Shown piece by piece: positions 63,980-64,000 of a DNA stretch of 64,000 nucleotides. Positions within the stretch are counted from its first letter, which is position 1; each line of letters opens with the position of its first letter. Source of the DNA: Chrysomallon squamiferum (Eukaryota; Animalia; Mollusca). Under the pieces are notes generated by a model. The model ran no database searches, was not told where the DNA came from, and worked only from the letters and a program-made list of their open reading frames with translations. The position numbers and the translations under genes are program-made. The stretch lies in contig CM022673.1 in assembly GCA_012295275.1 (NCBI GenBank), positions 2,790,001 through 2,854,000 on the forward strand. The letters run 5' to 3'.

Positions 63980-64000
63980 GAGACAAACGCTTTTTTCTAA

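Overview
AT-rich, CpG-poor, microsatellite-rich animal genomic DNA (invertebrate, probably molluscan; this is inference), containing two spliced genes, both on the minus strand. (1) A ZC3H4/ZC3H6/Su(sable)-family CCCH zinc-finger gene: promoter near 13.0 kb, non-coding first exon, 14 phase-consistent coding exons from ATG 9728 (about 1441 codons, open past base 1). It carries a tandem EDGEL motif, three CCCH fingers, KKIPSLFEI and WYSSDEE family motifs and nine DPR motifs. The intron splitting fingers 2 and 3 is a minor-spliceosome (U12) intron with unusual AT...AT termini. (2) A large (>34 kb) EPLIN/LIMA1/Xin/LIMD2-type LIM-domain gene: a C-terminal LIM domain (KGNYDEGFG) after a 1.7-kb exon encoding seven imperfect repeats with candidate short F-actin-binding motifs. 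It has several candidate alternative first exons, micro-exons, LIM-less or poison 3' exons flanked by RBFOX sites and inverted repeats, and a 3.3-kb acidic exon broken by about six frameshifts (probably assembly indels). The rest is intronic or intergenic: TE remnants, five unrelated minisatellites and many microsatellites. No prokaryotic systems, CRISPR, rRNA or intact tRNA were seen. All exon boundaries were read by eye and checked only for GT-AG/U12 signals and reading phase.
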